DNA of 62,984 nt, the filler included, from Stramenopiles sp. TOSAG23-3 (taxonomy: Eukaryota), in assembly GCA_900128585.1 (NCBI GenBank). It is 10 parts of 10 records of this genome, joined end to end, with 100 filler letters (N's around TTAATTAATTAA, not from the genome) between each part and the next. Parts side by side here need not be neighbours in the genome. Positions count along the whole stretch, not along the records: positions 43,286 to 53,991 come from LT642796.1; positions 54,092 to 55,792 come from LT645518.1; positions 55,893 to 57,592 come from LT645519.1; positions 57,693 to 59,390 come from LT645520.1; positions 59,491 to 61,188 come from LT645521.1; positions 61,289 to 62,984 come from LT645522.1; 4 more parts are not named here. One strand, 5' to 3'. Positions 50,635 through 62,642 of this stretch are shown here, piece by piece. The number at the start of each line of letters is the position of its first letter. Within the stretch, counting starts at the first letter, position 1. Under the pieces are notes generated by a model. It was given only the letters and a program-made list of their open reading frames with translations, made no database searches and was not told the origin of the DNA. A program made the position numbers and the translations under genes.

Positions 50635-52867
50635 GTTTTATTATATTTGTTTCAAATTTAAGACAACAAAATGAACTATATGTTTTGATGAATTGCTCCT
50701 TTCCGTGTGAATGTGTTCGATTTCGTTCCCGATTTTCTTCGTAAACGCTTCCATGATCGAAACGCAACGTACATGAACTGTTGCCTCGTCTCAATTTTTA
50801 TTATTTTTTCTTTCTTCTTCTATCGTTGTGCTCTTCTTCTTTCTCTTCTTCGATGGTTGGTTAGTGGTGTAAATTATATTAATAATAACAGGGACATAGC
50901 AGTTAGATCTGGTTCATTTTTACAAAGGAATCATAACACAATGATGATACAATGACATCTTTTCATTTTATTCTATGCTATGTCCATATTGTAATATATT
51001 CTATTTTAGAAAATGGAAAAGAGGGCCAGAGAGAGAAGAGAGGCACAGGGCAGGGCGACTCACATCTCAAATCGATTGATTTTCTTTTCTTTCGATTGAA
51101 TGGCCTGAAAAAGATTAGTGAGAATAACAGCTACACAGTATCATCATTAGCATTAATTATTAATTTAGGTGCTGTGTTATTATTAAGTTTATTATACTTT
51201 TATTGTATTTATAAACCTATATATTGTATACACAAGTAGATACTATGATTATATAAAATATAAGTACGTAATATATCTATATAATGAAAGAGAGTGCATA
51301 TAGAAGAGCCGTTCCTCCCAATGGCACAGCAAAGCCACGAATAGAATAATCATAGCATTGTCATCTTTCAATCGGAAGACATCGAATTGTTTCTTTGATA
51401 CAGTCCTGTATTGTATCCAATGGTAGAGAGCTGATACATGAATGGGTGGATGAAATGGGTGTTTTAAAGGAAATGGGATTTATTTTATTTAATAGGCGTA
51501 CAATACAATAGAATAGTCCGAACAATTACATCAATCGAAGGTTTAAAGGTTTAATATATACTTGAATGTGATTTCATGTATTGTAAATGTATTTTAAATA
51601 GATAAAAAAGGGTCACAGTTGAAAGGATTAAATTTAAGCTTTGCTTAGCGGAGCAAGTCGGTCAACTAAAACTGATCAAGTAGTAATACATCTATTACCA
51701 TGCAAATAAGAAGAGCAGGTAGGTTAGGTGAAAGAAAGAAAGAAAGAAAGAAAAAGAAAGCCAACGAACGACGAACTCTTCGAGAATTTTTTTATTTTAA
51801 AATAGTACAATATATTATATTCTAAAATATACAATCCTATTTGAAAAGCAAATCATGAATAAGAGTAGGATATAAATTCATTTATTTTACCTATTTTTAA
51901 ACGTATTGATTTTATTGTACAAGTATAAAATCATTTTTTGGATTTATATGTACTTATCTAAACCCCCACAGCATCGGATTTCTTTCTCATTCTCTGGTCC
52001 GCACATCACATCATCATCGGCATCTTTTTAATTTTGAGATTATCCTATTTCTCTCTCTCTCCTCTCTCCCTGTGTTGTTGTTTTTTTTGTTTTTTAAACT
52101 TGATTTGTTCGCTTTTCTTTCTTCGCTTCTTTAATTGCTTTGCATGCTAATTGCATAGTAATTTGTATATTATATAAACGCAGTATACGTTCCACCATCT
52201 GAAGTCGTTGTTTCGTTTGTTTTCACCGCTGCTATGTCAATGTTATTCTGGAAATCTTTCATCTCATTCCAGAATTAAATGATTTGTGAGCTATTTAGTG
52301 GTAGGAAGTATTAAGCGTTTTTACTTTGTACTTTTCCATGCTAAGTGATAGGAAGGATCATACTGTAAATTACAAAAGTTCGTTTTGTATAATTACGTTT
52401 TATATCTATTTCGGTGTATTAGTTTATTTTATTCATATATTATATATAATGTTTTAATAAAGTGATTTACATTATAAACTGATTTCCTTTGTTTTAATCA
52501 AAACTTCCAATTGATCCGTGCTGTGCTTATGTAAAATACAACCATCATTTTATTATATTTTTTTTATTGTATTTAGTGGAAAGCTTCCTTAGTAGTTGGA
52601 TGAAGTAATAAAAGTACAAGAATTCATAGAAGAGCAACAACAACACATACTAAATAGTACATGTTTGTACAACAATCGAATTTGCTGCAATGCAAATGGT
52701 TTTCTTCTTCTCGTTCCTTTTCTTCTCGTACCCAGTTTGGCAGAGTGTGGTTGATGGAAGTGGTAGAAATGCTTTTAAACGGGAATTGTTGAAATGACAG
52801 GAGAAAACAAAAGAGTTTTTGCAGATTTACTTCGACTAATTTTTTTATTTTGGATACATAATACAAT

Positions 52868-53119
52868 ATGAGTGAGATTGTTCTTGACACTGCACCAGGT
52901 GACCGCCGTTTCCCAGGCATGAACCAAAACCAACACTGCTGGATTAGTTTTAATGAGTACTTGGTTTGCATGAAATCGAACAACGATGATGCCGATGCAT
53001 GCAAATCGCGCATCAGGGCTTACCGCACTGTCTGCCCAGCCGAATGGGTAGAAAACTGGAACGAACAAATCGAAGAAGGTACGTTTCCAGGCGTCACCTT
53101 CAAAGACGGTGAAGAGTAA
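52868..53119 (+). CDS. COX6B: Cytochrome c oxidase subunit 6B
   Basis: TAP.D.RFP..NQ..HCW..F.EY..C..C....Y...CP.EWV..W.EQ..GTFPG. Confidence 0.95.
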   Translation: MSEIVLDTAPGDRRFPGMNQNQHCWISFNEYLVCMKSNNDDADACKSRIRAYRTVCPAEWVENWNEQIEEGTFPGVTFKDGEE

Positions 53120-53669
53120 GTGAACGGCCAGACGTGTATGAGAAGAAAAGGCCACTGGCACGAAGAACGCTGGGAGCGTAACCTATCCGAGGGGTCGGTT
53201 GTCTATGCTTTGGTTCTACAGCTCTGTGTTTTTACAACAGAGGTGTGTATATATGAAATCATAGTTGGTAAAAAAAATTCTTACTCGTTTCTTTTAACAC
53301 AAGTTTTGTACCTACTCCTAAGTACATTCCTTCCTTCTGTGAGCACGTTCCCGTTGTGTGATCCTGTCCCGCTTCATTGCCTGCTGTGGCCCTTCTCTCT
53401 CCCTCGATACATTTTCTATAGGGGATTTAAATGTATACTGAAAGTGATAGAAAGTACACTTTCGTTCTATTACTACAAAAAGGATGGATGGTTGAAGTTG
53501 AAAGACAACAAAACACGCACCAAATATACCAAAACACGCGATTCGTTATTGGAACTAAACGAGGAGTGCAGGTGCAGGGTAAATCAAAACTATTAATTGG
53601 GTTGTTGCTTTTCTTATATTTTACACACACTGTACACCGCCCCGCTTCCTTTTCTTCCCCAAACAACCA

Positions 53670-53990
53670 TCAATGGTTCAATGCCTTCAATGCATTCTGC
53701 AACAGATGGATTGCGTATTGATCATCCTCTTCCTCCAATGCAGCGACTGCATACCGAGCACATTCCAACGCATCGCTGCGTGATCCTCTAGTGATGTTGC
53801 TTGGGTGGATGTAATCTGTGCTACGGGTGGAATTCTGAGGTCGGCTTATCCGTGGATGGGAGTAGTCGTACTTTTGCGGCTCGGATGGGGGGAGAACCTG
53901 CCCCGTCGGGGCTGGGGCATAGCTCTCGGGGCGAATATCGACGTTGCGCGTGGGGGGGGGACTACTGTTGCCACCGCTATTGTCTCCGTA
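53670..53990 (-). CDS. VTA1: VTA1/LIP5 C-terminal (VSL) fragment, 5'-truncated, not in ORF track
   Basis: Manual translation ends DALECARYAVAALEEEDDQYAIHLLQNALKALNH* after a Pro-rich linker. Confidence 0.75.
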   Translation of the reverse strand, partial: YGDNSGGNSSPPPTRNVDIRPESYAPAPTGQVLPPSEPQKYDYSHPRISRPQNSTRSTDYIHPSNITRGSRSDALECARYAVAALEEEDDQYAIHLLQNALKALNH

Positions 53991-54798
53991 TNNNNNNNNN
54001 NNNNNNNNNNNNNNNNNNNNNNNNNNNNNNNNNNNTTAATTAATTAANNNNNNNNNNNNNNNNNNNNNNNNNNNNNNNNNNNNNNNNNNNNAAAGGATCG
54101 ATTGTGGGTTTGCCCGGCGAATAATGCTTTGGTGGCATACATTGCTGCTGCTTGTATTTGCCCTTCTTGTTGCTGTTGTTGCGGTCGTTCGAATCGCTAC
54201 CCTTTGGTAGGATGGGGATCGAAGGGAGGACATCCTTGCATTTTGTATGGCATTCTCTGCACGAGATATTGACAACAATGAGGTGGTCCCTCCTCCAGGC
54301 GAAACGGACATTCTTTAAATCTTTAAATCTTTTGTGTGTTCATTCATTCATTTGTTCGTTCTCGTTTGGTTGTACGATTGATTCGATCGATTTCTTTCTT
54401 TCTTTCTGTCGTTTCTGTTTCTTCATGAAGTAATAAATTAGTGATTACACATTTTGGTTTTGTTTGTGTTCACTCAAAAGAAGAAGAGTTCAATAATTTT
54501 TTTGTTATTTTTTGTGTAACGTTATTTTTCATATTTTGTTTTGATAGGATAATATGTATTTACATAGTACAATTGTATTGTATACTAAAATAGGAAAGGA
54601 GAATTGGCGTTGGGGCATGGGTAATGTTGAGAGTAGGGTAGGATAGGGTTAGGTATGGTGTTAAGATATAGGGTATACGAAGAGGTCCAATTGACTCCAA
54701 AGAAAGAGGAAGAGGAAGAAGGAAGGAATGAAACCGATTGACCCTTTCTTCCTATTTCAGTGCTATTCCTATATATAGAAGAAAGAAAAGAAGAAGAA

Positions 54799-54835
<37 letters not shown>

Positions 54836-55143
54836 AGAAAGAAGAAAAGGAAGAAAGAAAGAAAGAAGAAAAGATGAAGAAAAGGAAGAAGAAGAAAAGA
54901 AGAAGAAGAAGAAGAAAGTATAAGAAGAAAGAAAAAAAGAAACGGACAAGTTGATGACGATAACGAAAACGATCCAAAAGGACTTCACTACAAAACAATG
55001 AATGCGGAATGAGTATGGCGCGAACGTATTGTTTCCGGCCAACCAGACAGAACAATCAAAAACAAAATTGATCTGTTTTATCTTGTCCATTACTGTAAAC
55101 AACCCTGGCGCACAACAAACTTTTATTTCTCAACTGAAACAAT

Positions 55144-55792
55144 ATGGGAGGCGCGGCGTCCATGATGAGCGAGGAGGAGGTCCGAACGATGAAGCCTGCG
55201 CGACTGGCAGAGTACGCCTTGGAAAATGACATCTCCTCGTTCGTTGCAGAGACGATCAAAACGAACGAGATCGACGGGGACTTTGCGTACGCATTGAACG
55301 AAGAAGCCATCAGCGAGATCGCAGGCAAGAGCGTGATGCAAAAGAAAAGGCTGCTGTCGGCCATTGGCAAGCTGCCCCGGGACGGCGGGGGACCCGATTC
55401 CGTAGAGCTCATGGCCAACGCGGCGGAGGAGCGGGAAAGCGAGGCGCGCGACATTTTCGCCAGGTACGATAACGACAACGACACGTACTTGGACCTAGGC
55501 GAGTTCACCGTCCTCCTGTCGAACGAGTTGGGCATACCGCCGGACGACGTTGCCCCGGTGTTCAAGGAGTTTGACGACGACCACGACGGGAAGATATCGT
55601 TCGCAGAGTTTGTGAAGCACCACAACGCTCTCGTGGAACGGCAACAGCGGCGCACGCGGGGAACGAACCCAACCGTCACTGCCAGCCAGGCCGTGAAAAC
55701 GGGGCGAACCCTTGCCGGAATGTTCCCCAAAGGCAAGCGCATTGCCGTCGTGTTCGCGTGCGACGATTACACAGGGTCCGAGCACGACGGCA
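55144..55792 (+). CDS. SAM-like + EF-hand pair + start of a possible caspase-family (C14) domain, 3'-truncated
   Basis: NEIDG..KKRLL.AI SAM-like; DNDNDTYLDLGE and DDDHDGKISFAE; KRIAVVFACDDY. Confidence 0.65.
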
Positions 55793-55892
55793 NNNNNNNN
55801 NNNNNNNNNNNNNNNNNNNNNNNNNNNNNNNNNNNNTTAATTAATTAANNNNNNNNNNNNNNNNNNNNNNNNNNNNNNNNNNNNNNNNNNNN

Positions 55893-55971
55893 TGGCCATT
55901 ATCTCCCCTTATCTCACCCGGGCGCTGTTGGAAATTACGGGGGGTGGGAATAAAATTATTTCACAGTACTG
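55893..55971 (+). mobile_element. 79-bp repeat end, candidate Introner 3' end
   Basis: Exact reverse complement of 57514-57592; ends TTATTTCACAG|TACTG. Confidence 0.55.
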
Positions 55972-56395
55972 TGCCACCACCGTGTTTACTCTCGTTCGTC
56001 ACACCCAGTCCCCAAAGTCAACCAGGGTATTTGCCAAATTGGCGCTGTCCAGGTCGACCAAAGTACGGCTCAACGTCCTACAATGCATTTCAATTTTGGT
56101 ACAGTTTTGGCACCCGAGGGCATGGCTGGATTCTGCCGAAGAAGTAGCCGGGATCGTTAAAATTGGGATAGAAGACAAGTTTGGAAAAACAAGGGACACG
56201 GCACGGACAGCCTACCAATTTATGCATCTGCATGCGCCGGAAGTGAGCGAGAATATGAAACGAAAGCTTGGCCGACGAGCTCTGGCAAGGTTGAAACATG
56301 GAACCGTAGTAGGGCATGGGAATAACCCGCACCGACGAAGCCTTGCTGGAGCTGGCCATATACTTTTCCGAAATGCAACAGGGAACGAGGAATAA
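55967..56395 (+). CDS. CLASP/TOG-like HEAT-repeat protein, terminal exon or fragment
   Basis: LVRHT, SRSTKVR..C...L..W, GIED....R..AR.AY pattern. Confidence 0.6.
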   Translation, partial: YCATTVFTLVRHTQSPKSTRVFAKLALSRSTKVRLNVLQCISILVQFWHPRAWLDSAEEVAGIVKIGIEDKFGKTRDTARTAYQFMHLHAPEVSENMKRKLGRRALARLKHGTVVGHGNNPHRRSLAGAGHILFRNATGNEE

Positions 56396-56684
56396 TTCCC
56401 AAAGGTTTACGAATAATTAATAATCATATCTACTGACATTCACGTAAGTTTACTTTTGTTTTTCGTTTAAAAGAATTCTTACTTTTTTACGCGGTAAACT
56501 TTTAAAATGCGCCTATAAGTATTTTGAGGGGCAGAAAAATAAATTCGCAATACATTGGAAGGAAGTACAACTTTGTTCTGGGCATATAAAAAATAAACTA
56601 ACAACCAAAAATATTTTTTATTTATTTTATTTTGTTTTTTTCGATATAAAAAAGACTGTGTGTGTAACTCTTACAACAGTGATT

Positions 56685-57518
56685 TTACTCTTCGGAACGT
56701 TTGATATCCATAATGGTATCCGACATACGTATGGGCAAGAGGCTTTTTGGTATTGGTGCACAGCAGATTGAATAACAGTTCCCAAAGTACCCACGGTTGT
56801 ACGGGTTGTCGACTGCCCCGTTCGTCCCACGGCGGTACGTGTTTCGAAGGTTCTCGTTCGTGGTTTCCCCAAAGCACATTAAATAACACAGGTGGTACGC
56901 GGACAAAAACCCGACCATGACGAAGGCCGTCGCGGACAAGAGAAGGCACGCGCAGGTCGGGACGTTCTCCGCCAGGACGGACCACCAAGCCGCCCCCTTC
57001 TTCTTCCCCCCTCCCTGGGCGGTGCACTTCAGCACGAGGTCCGCAGCGCAGGCCGCGCTGCTCAGGAACGAGAACACCGCCAGGAGGGTCACGAACCACA
57101 AAAATGCACGGTAGTTTCGCGCGCCCACGTCGTTCCCGATCCAAGCGCAGTGGTGGTCGAAACGGTCGACGCAGTTGTTGCAATACCGGCAGTGCCGCGC
57201 GCGCTCCGGGCGGTCGATTTGGCACCGCACGCAGTACGTCAACCGTTGCGGGGGGGCCGGGGCGTTCGAATGGCGGCTGGCCTCCTGGTTGTACACCCCC
57301 GTCCGGCGCCGGGTCGGGCTGCGAAGCTTTATCCGGTACGTGAACTTGGACGGGGGGATGATCCCCGGCTCCGTGAACGCCGCAAACGCCAGGGAGACCA
57401 GCACGGCAACGCCGACGGCAAGAAAGCCCGCGTCGAACCATAAGCACCCGTCGAACCCCGCCAAGGCCTTTACGCTCGGGAGCACCTGCACGCAGTCAAA
57501 AACGGCGGGGGCGCAGTA
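56685..57518 (-). CDS. DHHC palmitoyltransferase, terminal exon or fragment
   Basis: TEPGIIP, C..C...RP.RA.HC..CNNCV.RFDHHC.WIG, TTNE, NPY.RG. Confidence 0.92.
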   Translation of the reverse strand, partial: YCAPAVFDCVQVLPSVKALAGFDGCLWFDAGFLAVGVAVLVSLAFAAFTEPGIIPPSKFTYRIKLRSPTRRRTGVYNQEASRHSNAPAPPQRLTYCVRCQIDRPERARHCRYCNNCVDRFDHHCAWIGNDVGARNYRAFLWFVTLLAVFSFLSSAACAADLVLKCTAQGGGKKKGAAWWSVLAENVPTCACLLLSATAFVMVGFLSAYHLCYLMCFGETTNENLRNTYRRGTNGAVDNPYNRGYFGNCYSICCAPIPKSLLPIRMSDTIMDIKRSEE

Positions 57519-57592
57519 CTGTGAAATAATTTTATTCCCACCCCCCGTAATTTCCAACAGCGCCCGGGTGAGATAAGGGGAGATAATGGCCA
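57514..57592 (-). mobile_element. 79-bp repeat end, second copy
   Basis: Exact inverted copy of 55893-55971, in sense orientation to the DHHC gene. Confidence 0.55.
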
Positions 57593-57692
57593 NNNNNNNN
57601 NNNNNNNNNNNNNNNNNNNNNNNNNNNNNNNNNNNNTTAATTAATTAANNNNNNNNNNNNNNNNNNNNNNNNNNNNNNNNNNNNNNNNNNNN

Positions 57693-57796
57693 TAAATAAT
57701 TTATATCTGTTACAGTCGGATAAGAATTTACATTACAAATTTATAACTATTACAGTCGGATAAGAATTTACTTAAATAACAGCCAATTTTCTTGTT
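57693..57796 (-). repeat. TTGGCTGTTATTT family end with 40-bp period duplication
   Basis: Core 57774-57796; TTACAGTCGGATAAGAATTTAC at 57710 and 57750. Confidence 0.75.
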
Positions 57797-57905
57797 GTTA
57801 AAAAAAATCAGTAAGTAAATTAAAAAATTAAAGTTTTTACATTGCACATATGGGGTTGATAGTGTAAAGAGAAAAGCAAATTTGGTAAAAACGAATTTTG
57901 AAAAA

Positions 57906-58694
57906 CTAAAAACGTATACTTGTTTTGCCCCTGCCTCGACGTGATTTTTTTGGCCTACTAGCTGCAGCAGCTTTCGTCCCTGCCCCGGCTTCATCACCCC
58001 CAACACTCACACCCGGCAAACCAAGCCCCAACGAAAGATCCCCACCAACTTCATTACTAGATTTGCGTTTCTTGCTTCCCGGTCCTTTCTCTTTGTCGCT
58101 TAACTGAATTAGTCCATTGTCATCATCGATCTTTACAGCAAATTTTGGCAGCGCCGCAAAAGGATTGTCGTTACTACTCTTCACTAGTTGTGCAGCAATG
58201 TCAGTGATGTCCTTTTTATCCATATCCCCGTCCAGGTTCCCAGCTGCGCCTATCTGGTACATACGAGGATGGTTGCGCAAGCCTAAAGCAGAAGACGAGC
58301 CACTACCGCCAGCATTGGCACTACTACCCGCCCCTCTTGTTATGATGGGTATCGGTGTGGTCAGTGACATGGGCGTCTTTACCGGTTTTGCTACTTCTCG
58401 GGCAATGTCACGCTTCAGTTTTTCAAGGGCAGCATTAGAAGTCTTTGACGACGAACGAGCAGGAAGCTTCGCGCCATCACCACTGCCAAACAAGGAATTG
58501 TAATCTTCATTAGTGTAGCTCTCATCAGTTTCTCCTGCTTCACTAAATTCCAGAAGAAATTTGTCAATATCATCACTGCAGTATTGCATGATTTTTCCTT
58601 CGGACTGTATGATAAGGCAGATTTGGCTGTCGCATAGCAGGCTCAGTTCCATCGTCTTCTTAAGCAAACCGTTCTTCCTTTTGTTGAAGGTATT
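57906..58694 (-). CDS. MEF2-like MADS-box transcription factor, N-terminus missing
   Basis: [25 protein letters not shown]; the MGR.KI start is absent. Confidence 0.85.
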   Translation of the reverse strand, partial: NTFNKRKNGLLKKTMELSLLCDSQICLIIQSEGKIMQYCSDDIDKFLLEFSEAGETDESYTNEDYNSLFGSGDGAKLPARSSSKTSNAALEKLKRDIAREVAKPVKTPMSLTTPIPIITRGAGSSANAGGSGSSSALGLRNHPRMYQIGAAGNLDGDMDKKDITDIAAQLVKSSNDNPFAALPKFAVKIDDDNGLIQLSDKEKGPGSKKRKSSNEVGGDLSLGLGLPGVSVGGDEAGAGTKAAAASRPKKSRRGRGKTSIRF

Positions 58695-59247
58695 GCAGGG
58701 GCCTATTCCCGCTTGGAACTTTTCCAGCATGAAGTATTTAGATTTGAGCGACAATGTGTTGTCTGGCGACATTCCAGGCAGTGTGCTGACTTTGGAGCAA
58801 TGTTATTTTCAAAAGAATGCAAACCTAACTGGATCGCTTCCACCTCTCCATCCTGACAGCCAATTGTACTGCTTGGACGTTAGGGGGACCAAACTAGGAG
58901 GGCATATTCCACAATCCTATTTTCGAAGAACCGGAGAATTCCTTTTGCCATTGCCTGGCTTTAATAGAACCTCGGTCAGGATGGACATGCCAAGCGACAG
59001 CACGATGGAGTGCCATTTCTGTGTGCACGACGATACACAGGAACTACCATCAGATACCTGTGTTGAGTTGGTTGGTAATTCAACAGCAGAAAGGCTTTTG
59101 CTCAATCCTGCTTCGGAGGATTTCGATGAATACATTTGGTGCCATTCAAAGCTTGGGCAGAAAAAGTTTTGTCGTCTATCTTTAGAAGACTTTGAAGGGA
59201 TGGATTTTTTTGATAGAGATAGGACGTCTGAATGTGATGGTATTTAG
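58693..59247 (+). CDS. Plant-type LRR protein fragment, 5' part missing
   Basis: [33 protein letters not shown]. Confidence 0.7.
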   Translation: MQGPIPAWNFSSMKYLDLSDNVLSGDIPGSVLTLEQCYFQKNANLTGSLPPLHPDSQLYCLDVRGTKLGGHIPQSYFRRTGEFLLPLPGFNRTSVRMDMPSDSTMECHFCVHDDTQELPSDTCVELVGNSTAERLLLNPASEDFDEYIWCHSKLGQKKFCRLSLEDFEGMDFFDRDRTSECDGI

Positions 59248-59490
59248 TTCTACTAATCGCAAAAGTCTCCAAAGATGGGAGAACTTATCAGGGACTTTCA
59301 TTGGGAATTGGCCACCAAGTCCAAACGTTTCTTTTTGTGAAACTGACTGCTGAAACCGCGTCCTCCGTATCCTACAGCTTCGTTTTCGAANNNNNNNNNN
59401 NNNNNNNNNNNNNNNNNNNNNNNNNNNNNNNNNNTTAATTAATTAANNNNNNNNNNNNNNNNNNNNNNNNNNNNNNNNNNNNNNNNNNNN

Positions 59491-59557
59491 ATTTTAATTA
59501 CTATAAAAAATAACAGCCAATTTTTCTTGTTTTAAAAATTGCCAATTTTTCTTGTTT
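59491..59557 (-). repeat. TTGGCTGTTATTT family end at contig start
   Basis: Core 59508-59531 plus partial copy 59541-59557. Confidence 0.75.
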
Positions 59558-59726
59558 AAAAATTTTAATTCTCACTACACTACCAACCCCCGATCGAAAT
59601 GTTCACGGGGGTGTCCCCGGCAGTGCTGTTAATAAAATTTGACATGAACAATACATGATAATAATGTTTTGGATTTGTGCCACCTAACCCAGTCACTTTA
59701 GCCAAAGACAGCATTTAATTGTGGAG

Positions 59727-61130
59727 TCACGCGTTGCAATCGTTGAGCAGGCTCAGCTCTTTCAAAACCGCGTCACGCAACTGTTCATACTCTTCAAAGC
59801 TGTTGTATGCCGCTACGCTTACCCTGAGGAAGAGGCGTGCTTCGGTAAAAACAGGGTACTGAATAATGATGCCTTTCTTCATCAAATCAAATTTCAAACG
59901 CTTGGCATCGTCATACGTGTTGCCAAAAGCTTCTGGCAGCCCGACCATGCAGGTCGACCCTATCATTTGGGGCGGGGTGCCGAGCGGCCCACTGCGCCAA
60001 GCCTTGGACAGCATCCCGCCGACCTCCCTGGCCATTTCACAATTCCGTCGTGCCACGGAGTCGCCGCCAATGCGGTCGTAGAACGATATCGCGTGCGGAA
60101 GGACCACAAAGTTGCTGTAGTCCCTTGTGCCGATCATGCGGCACTCCCCAGCGAGCCCACCCTCAAAGCCGTCCCTGCACGTCGTCGCCGTGTCCCCGTC
60201 GGCGTAGACGTTGTGGGATATCAGCGGGTGGTGAAGCCGTCGCTTCAAATCTATTCGTTTGGGGTGGACGTAAAACAGTGCCGACGAGGTGGGGGCAAAG
60301 TACCATTTGTGCAGGTTCGCGGTGTACATGTCGATATAAGGGCCGTCACCCTCGCTACTGCTGCAGAGACGGGGGATGGCCAGGTTCGGGATCATTCCCG
60401 GGGCATGCGCCCCGTCGCAGAAGACCGTCTGAAACCCAAAGCCTTTGCACATGGCCGCAAGCGCTCGGACGGGCAGGATCATGGCTGGCAACGATACGAT
60501 ATGGTCCAAGTACGCCAAGTGCAGGACGGCACCGGCACACTCCCGTTTCAACGACTCTAGGGCCTTGGCATAGGTTTCTACCACTTCGTTCTCGCGTGCA
60601 ATAGGGAAGGGAAGGTCCACGACCCTGATCGCGAGCTCTATTTGCCCCTGGGAAATGGAGGCCAGCCGGCTCGCCGCCCGCTCCATGGATAATTTTACTG
60701 CCCGGTAGTTGAAGTTGGTGGCTAGCACGACGACGGTGCAGGGCTGCGGCTTGGGCTCCGCGGGGGCACCCCGTGGCGCCCAGTGCTCCGTCAAAATGCT
60801 GTCGACCAACCAGTGCGAAACCATCGACGACGCCGTGGTGACGTTGTCGACCAGGACCATGTCTTCCGTGGGGCACTTTGCAACGCGCGCTGCCACACAC
60901 TCCCGCGCCAACTCTATGCCCTTTGGAATCTCCTGAAGCCACTCGCTGTCAGGCTCTGCGAACCATTTCTTCCTGATTTTGTTCTGTTCCAGCAGCACGC
61001 AATCGGGGCAAGCCCCGAAGGAGCCGTTGTTCACCCGCAAAACATTGGCAGAGTGGTGGGAGAAATGTTTCTTACGAAGCTCTTCGCCGACAAGGAGCGG
61101 CTGGCCCGCGCCGGACGCACACGCGGCCAT
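59727..61130 (-). CDS. Class V PLP-dependent enzyme (L-cysteine desulfhydrase / isopenicillin N epimerase / Egt2-like)
   Basis: NNGSFGACP, DHIVS.PA, DGAHAPG, YTANLHKW, GTRDYS, LRVS...YN. Confidence 0.9.
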   Translation of the reverse strand: MAACASGAGQPLLVGEELRKKHFSHHSANVLRVNNGSFGACPDCVLLEQNKIRKKWFAEPDSEWLQEIPKGIELARECVAARVAKCPTEDMVLVDNVTTASSMVSHWLVDSILTEHWAPRGAPAEPKPQPCTVVVLATNFNYRAVKLSMERAASRLASISQGQIELAIRVVDLPFPIARENEVVETYAKALESLKRECAGAVLHLAYLDHIVSLPAMILPVRALAAMCKGFGFQTVFCDGAHAPGMIPNLAIPRLCSSSEGDGPYIDMYTANLHKWYFAPTSSALFYVHPKRIDLKRRLHHPLISHNVYADGDTATTCRDGFEGGLAGECRMIGTRDYSNFVVLPHAISFYDRIGGDSVARRNCEMAREVGGMLSKAWRSGPLGTPPQMIGSTCMVGLPEAFGNTYDDAKRLKFDLMKKGIIIQYPVFTEARLFLRVSVAAYNSFEEYEQLRDAVLKELSLLNDCNA

Positions 61131-61288
61131 TCTTCGGAGCCCGGCTGGTGAAACGACAAGAACCAAAAATCAAAACTCCCCCCCCAGTNNNNNNNNNNNN
61201 NNNNNNNNNNNNNNNNNNNNNNNNNNNNNNNNTTAATTAATTAANNNNNNNNNNNNNNNNNNNNNNNNNNNNNNNNNNNNNNNNNNNN

Positions 61289-62642
61289 ACGCCATGTACA
61301 CTGTGTGCAGCGATACTATACTTTCGAAGCTCTTCGGAAGTGAAGTCAGCCGGTTAAAATCCATGTTTACCGACGAGAATTGCTTAGCCCTTACTCCAAA
61401 CTCATCATCCAGTGCCTTCAATGGCCCGTTCCTAATTTCGACTCTTCGCAACGCTGTCATCGAATTTACCACTGTGGGCAACCGTGTCATGTTGTGGTTT
61501 TCTATACTTATAATTGCACAGTTGCAGTCTGGCACAAAGAGATCGTTGCAAGTAGGGACTTTGGCTAGACAATTGTTCCAAATGTACTCTGCCCCCTGTG
61601 CTCTGCACTCTTTCGCCGCCACCGAGCCTGCAAATCCTATCCAAACCCCAACGCTGGCCATGAGAATTGCGTAGACTACCGTCGCGACGAAGATGCCGGT
61701 GCGGACAGGCGCAGGAACTGCTTCTTGCTGCGTCATTGCCATGTTTCTGTATCTGAGAAGAGTCTTTGAGTTGCGAACGCTCCTGTCAGCAGCACGCCTT
61801 TGTAGCACTTGCCTGAAAATTGACCGTAGTTTGGACAGCAGCGATATAGCTGGCCACAGAATAATCTGCAGCATCTCGGTTACTGGAATCCGAATACGCA
61901 ACAATTCGATGAAAATAAGAGGCGCAACTGCGTCAATCGTGTCGAGGACTGTGTCTATTTTCACTATTGAATCGCGCAACCTGGTAGTTAATTTGCGCCT
62001 TATAGTTATCGCGCTAAATATGGCTTCGAGCATAAACAGAGCGGCCAAGCTAATGTTGAACCACGGCGGTAAGGTGCACAGGTAAATTGTTGTAAAATTG
62101 AAAACCTGGACAACGTACCCGATCGTTTCAAACGAGTAAAGTTTCCATAAGAAAAATGGCGAATTAATTTGGAAAGATAATCGGATACGATGGCACCGAT
62201 GAACCGTCTGTTTAAGCGCAGAATTGATCCGCTGCAGTTTTCTTGGTTTGTGGTGGTCCTCTGAAAACCCCAAACGGTACCTGGTCGCGAGCATGCGCCA
62301 CCTTAGGGCAAAGTATACACCCAGACCAAAGTACAAGGCTGCAAGGACGAAGAATACGTACACGGCCCCCCGAGAGAAAACTCGGAAACTAGCAGTATAT
62401 AGGAATACAATGTACAACAAGACGCCACTGATGGAGAAGAGAAGCAATAAAACTAGTGCCCCGTCCAAGCCTACGTGTTTCGTAAATGAAATATTAGTGC
62501 CGGGTGTACGGACGTCCTTTTCTGAGTCATGCTTATCAATCCGCAACGGGTTTGGAGTCCGGGTCGAACCCTTCATTTCCAAAAATGTATCGTATATATC
62601 GAGTCCTATGTGAAGAATCGTTTTGGGTGATTTTCCACCCAT
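61289..62642 (-). CDS. Multi-TM protein with Cys-rich linker and LRRs, 3'-truncated
   Basis: Six to seven TM segments, C..K.P.C...P.CNC, then LRRs; architecture resembles an oomycete/stramenopile family. Confidence 0.75.

Noticed and set aside
54585-55102. F/S/L-rich and K/E/R-rich ORFs (also 28253-28462, 36712-36912)
   Set aside because: Translations of GAA/AAAG microsatellites
55893-57592. Whole contig as a TIR transposon carrying two genes
   Set aside because: Cargo is two headless housekeeping gene ends and there is no transposase; two separate insertions breaking the assembly is simpler
58680-58710. Back-to-back MADS-box and LRR frames as overlapping antisense genes
   Set aside because: Both proteins lack their N-termini at the same point with only a few shared bases, which is typical of an amplification or assembly inversion chimera
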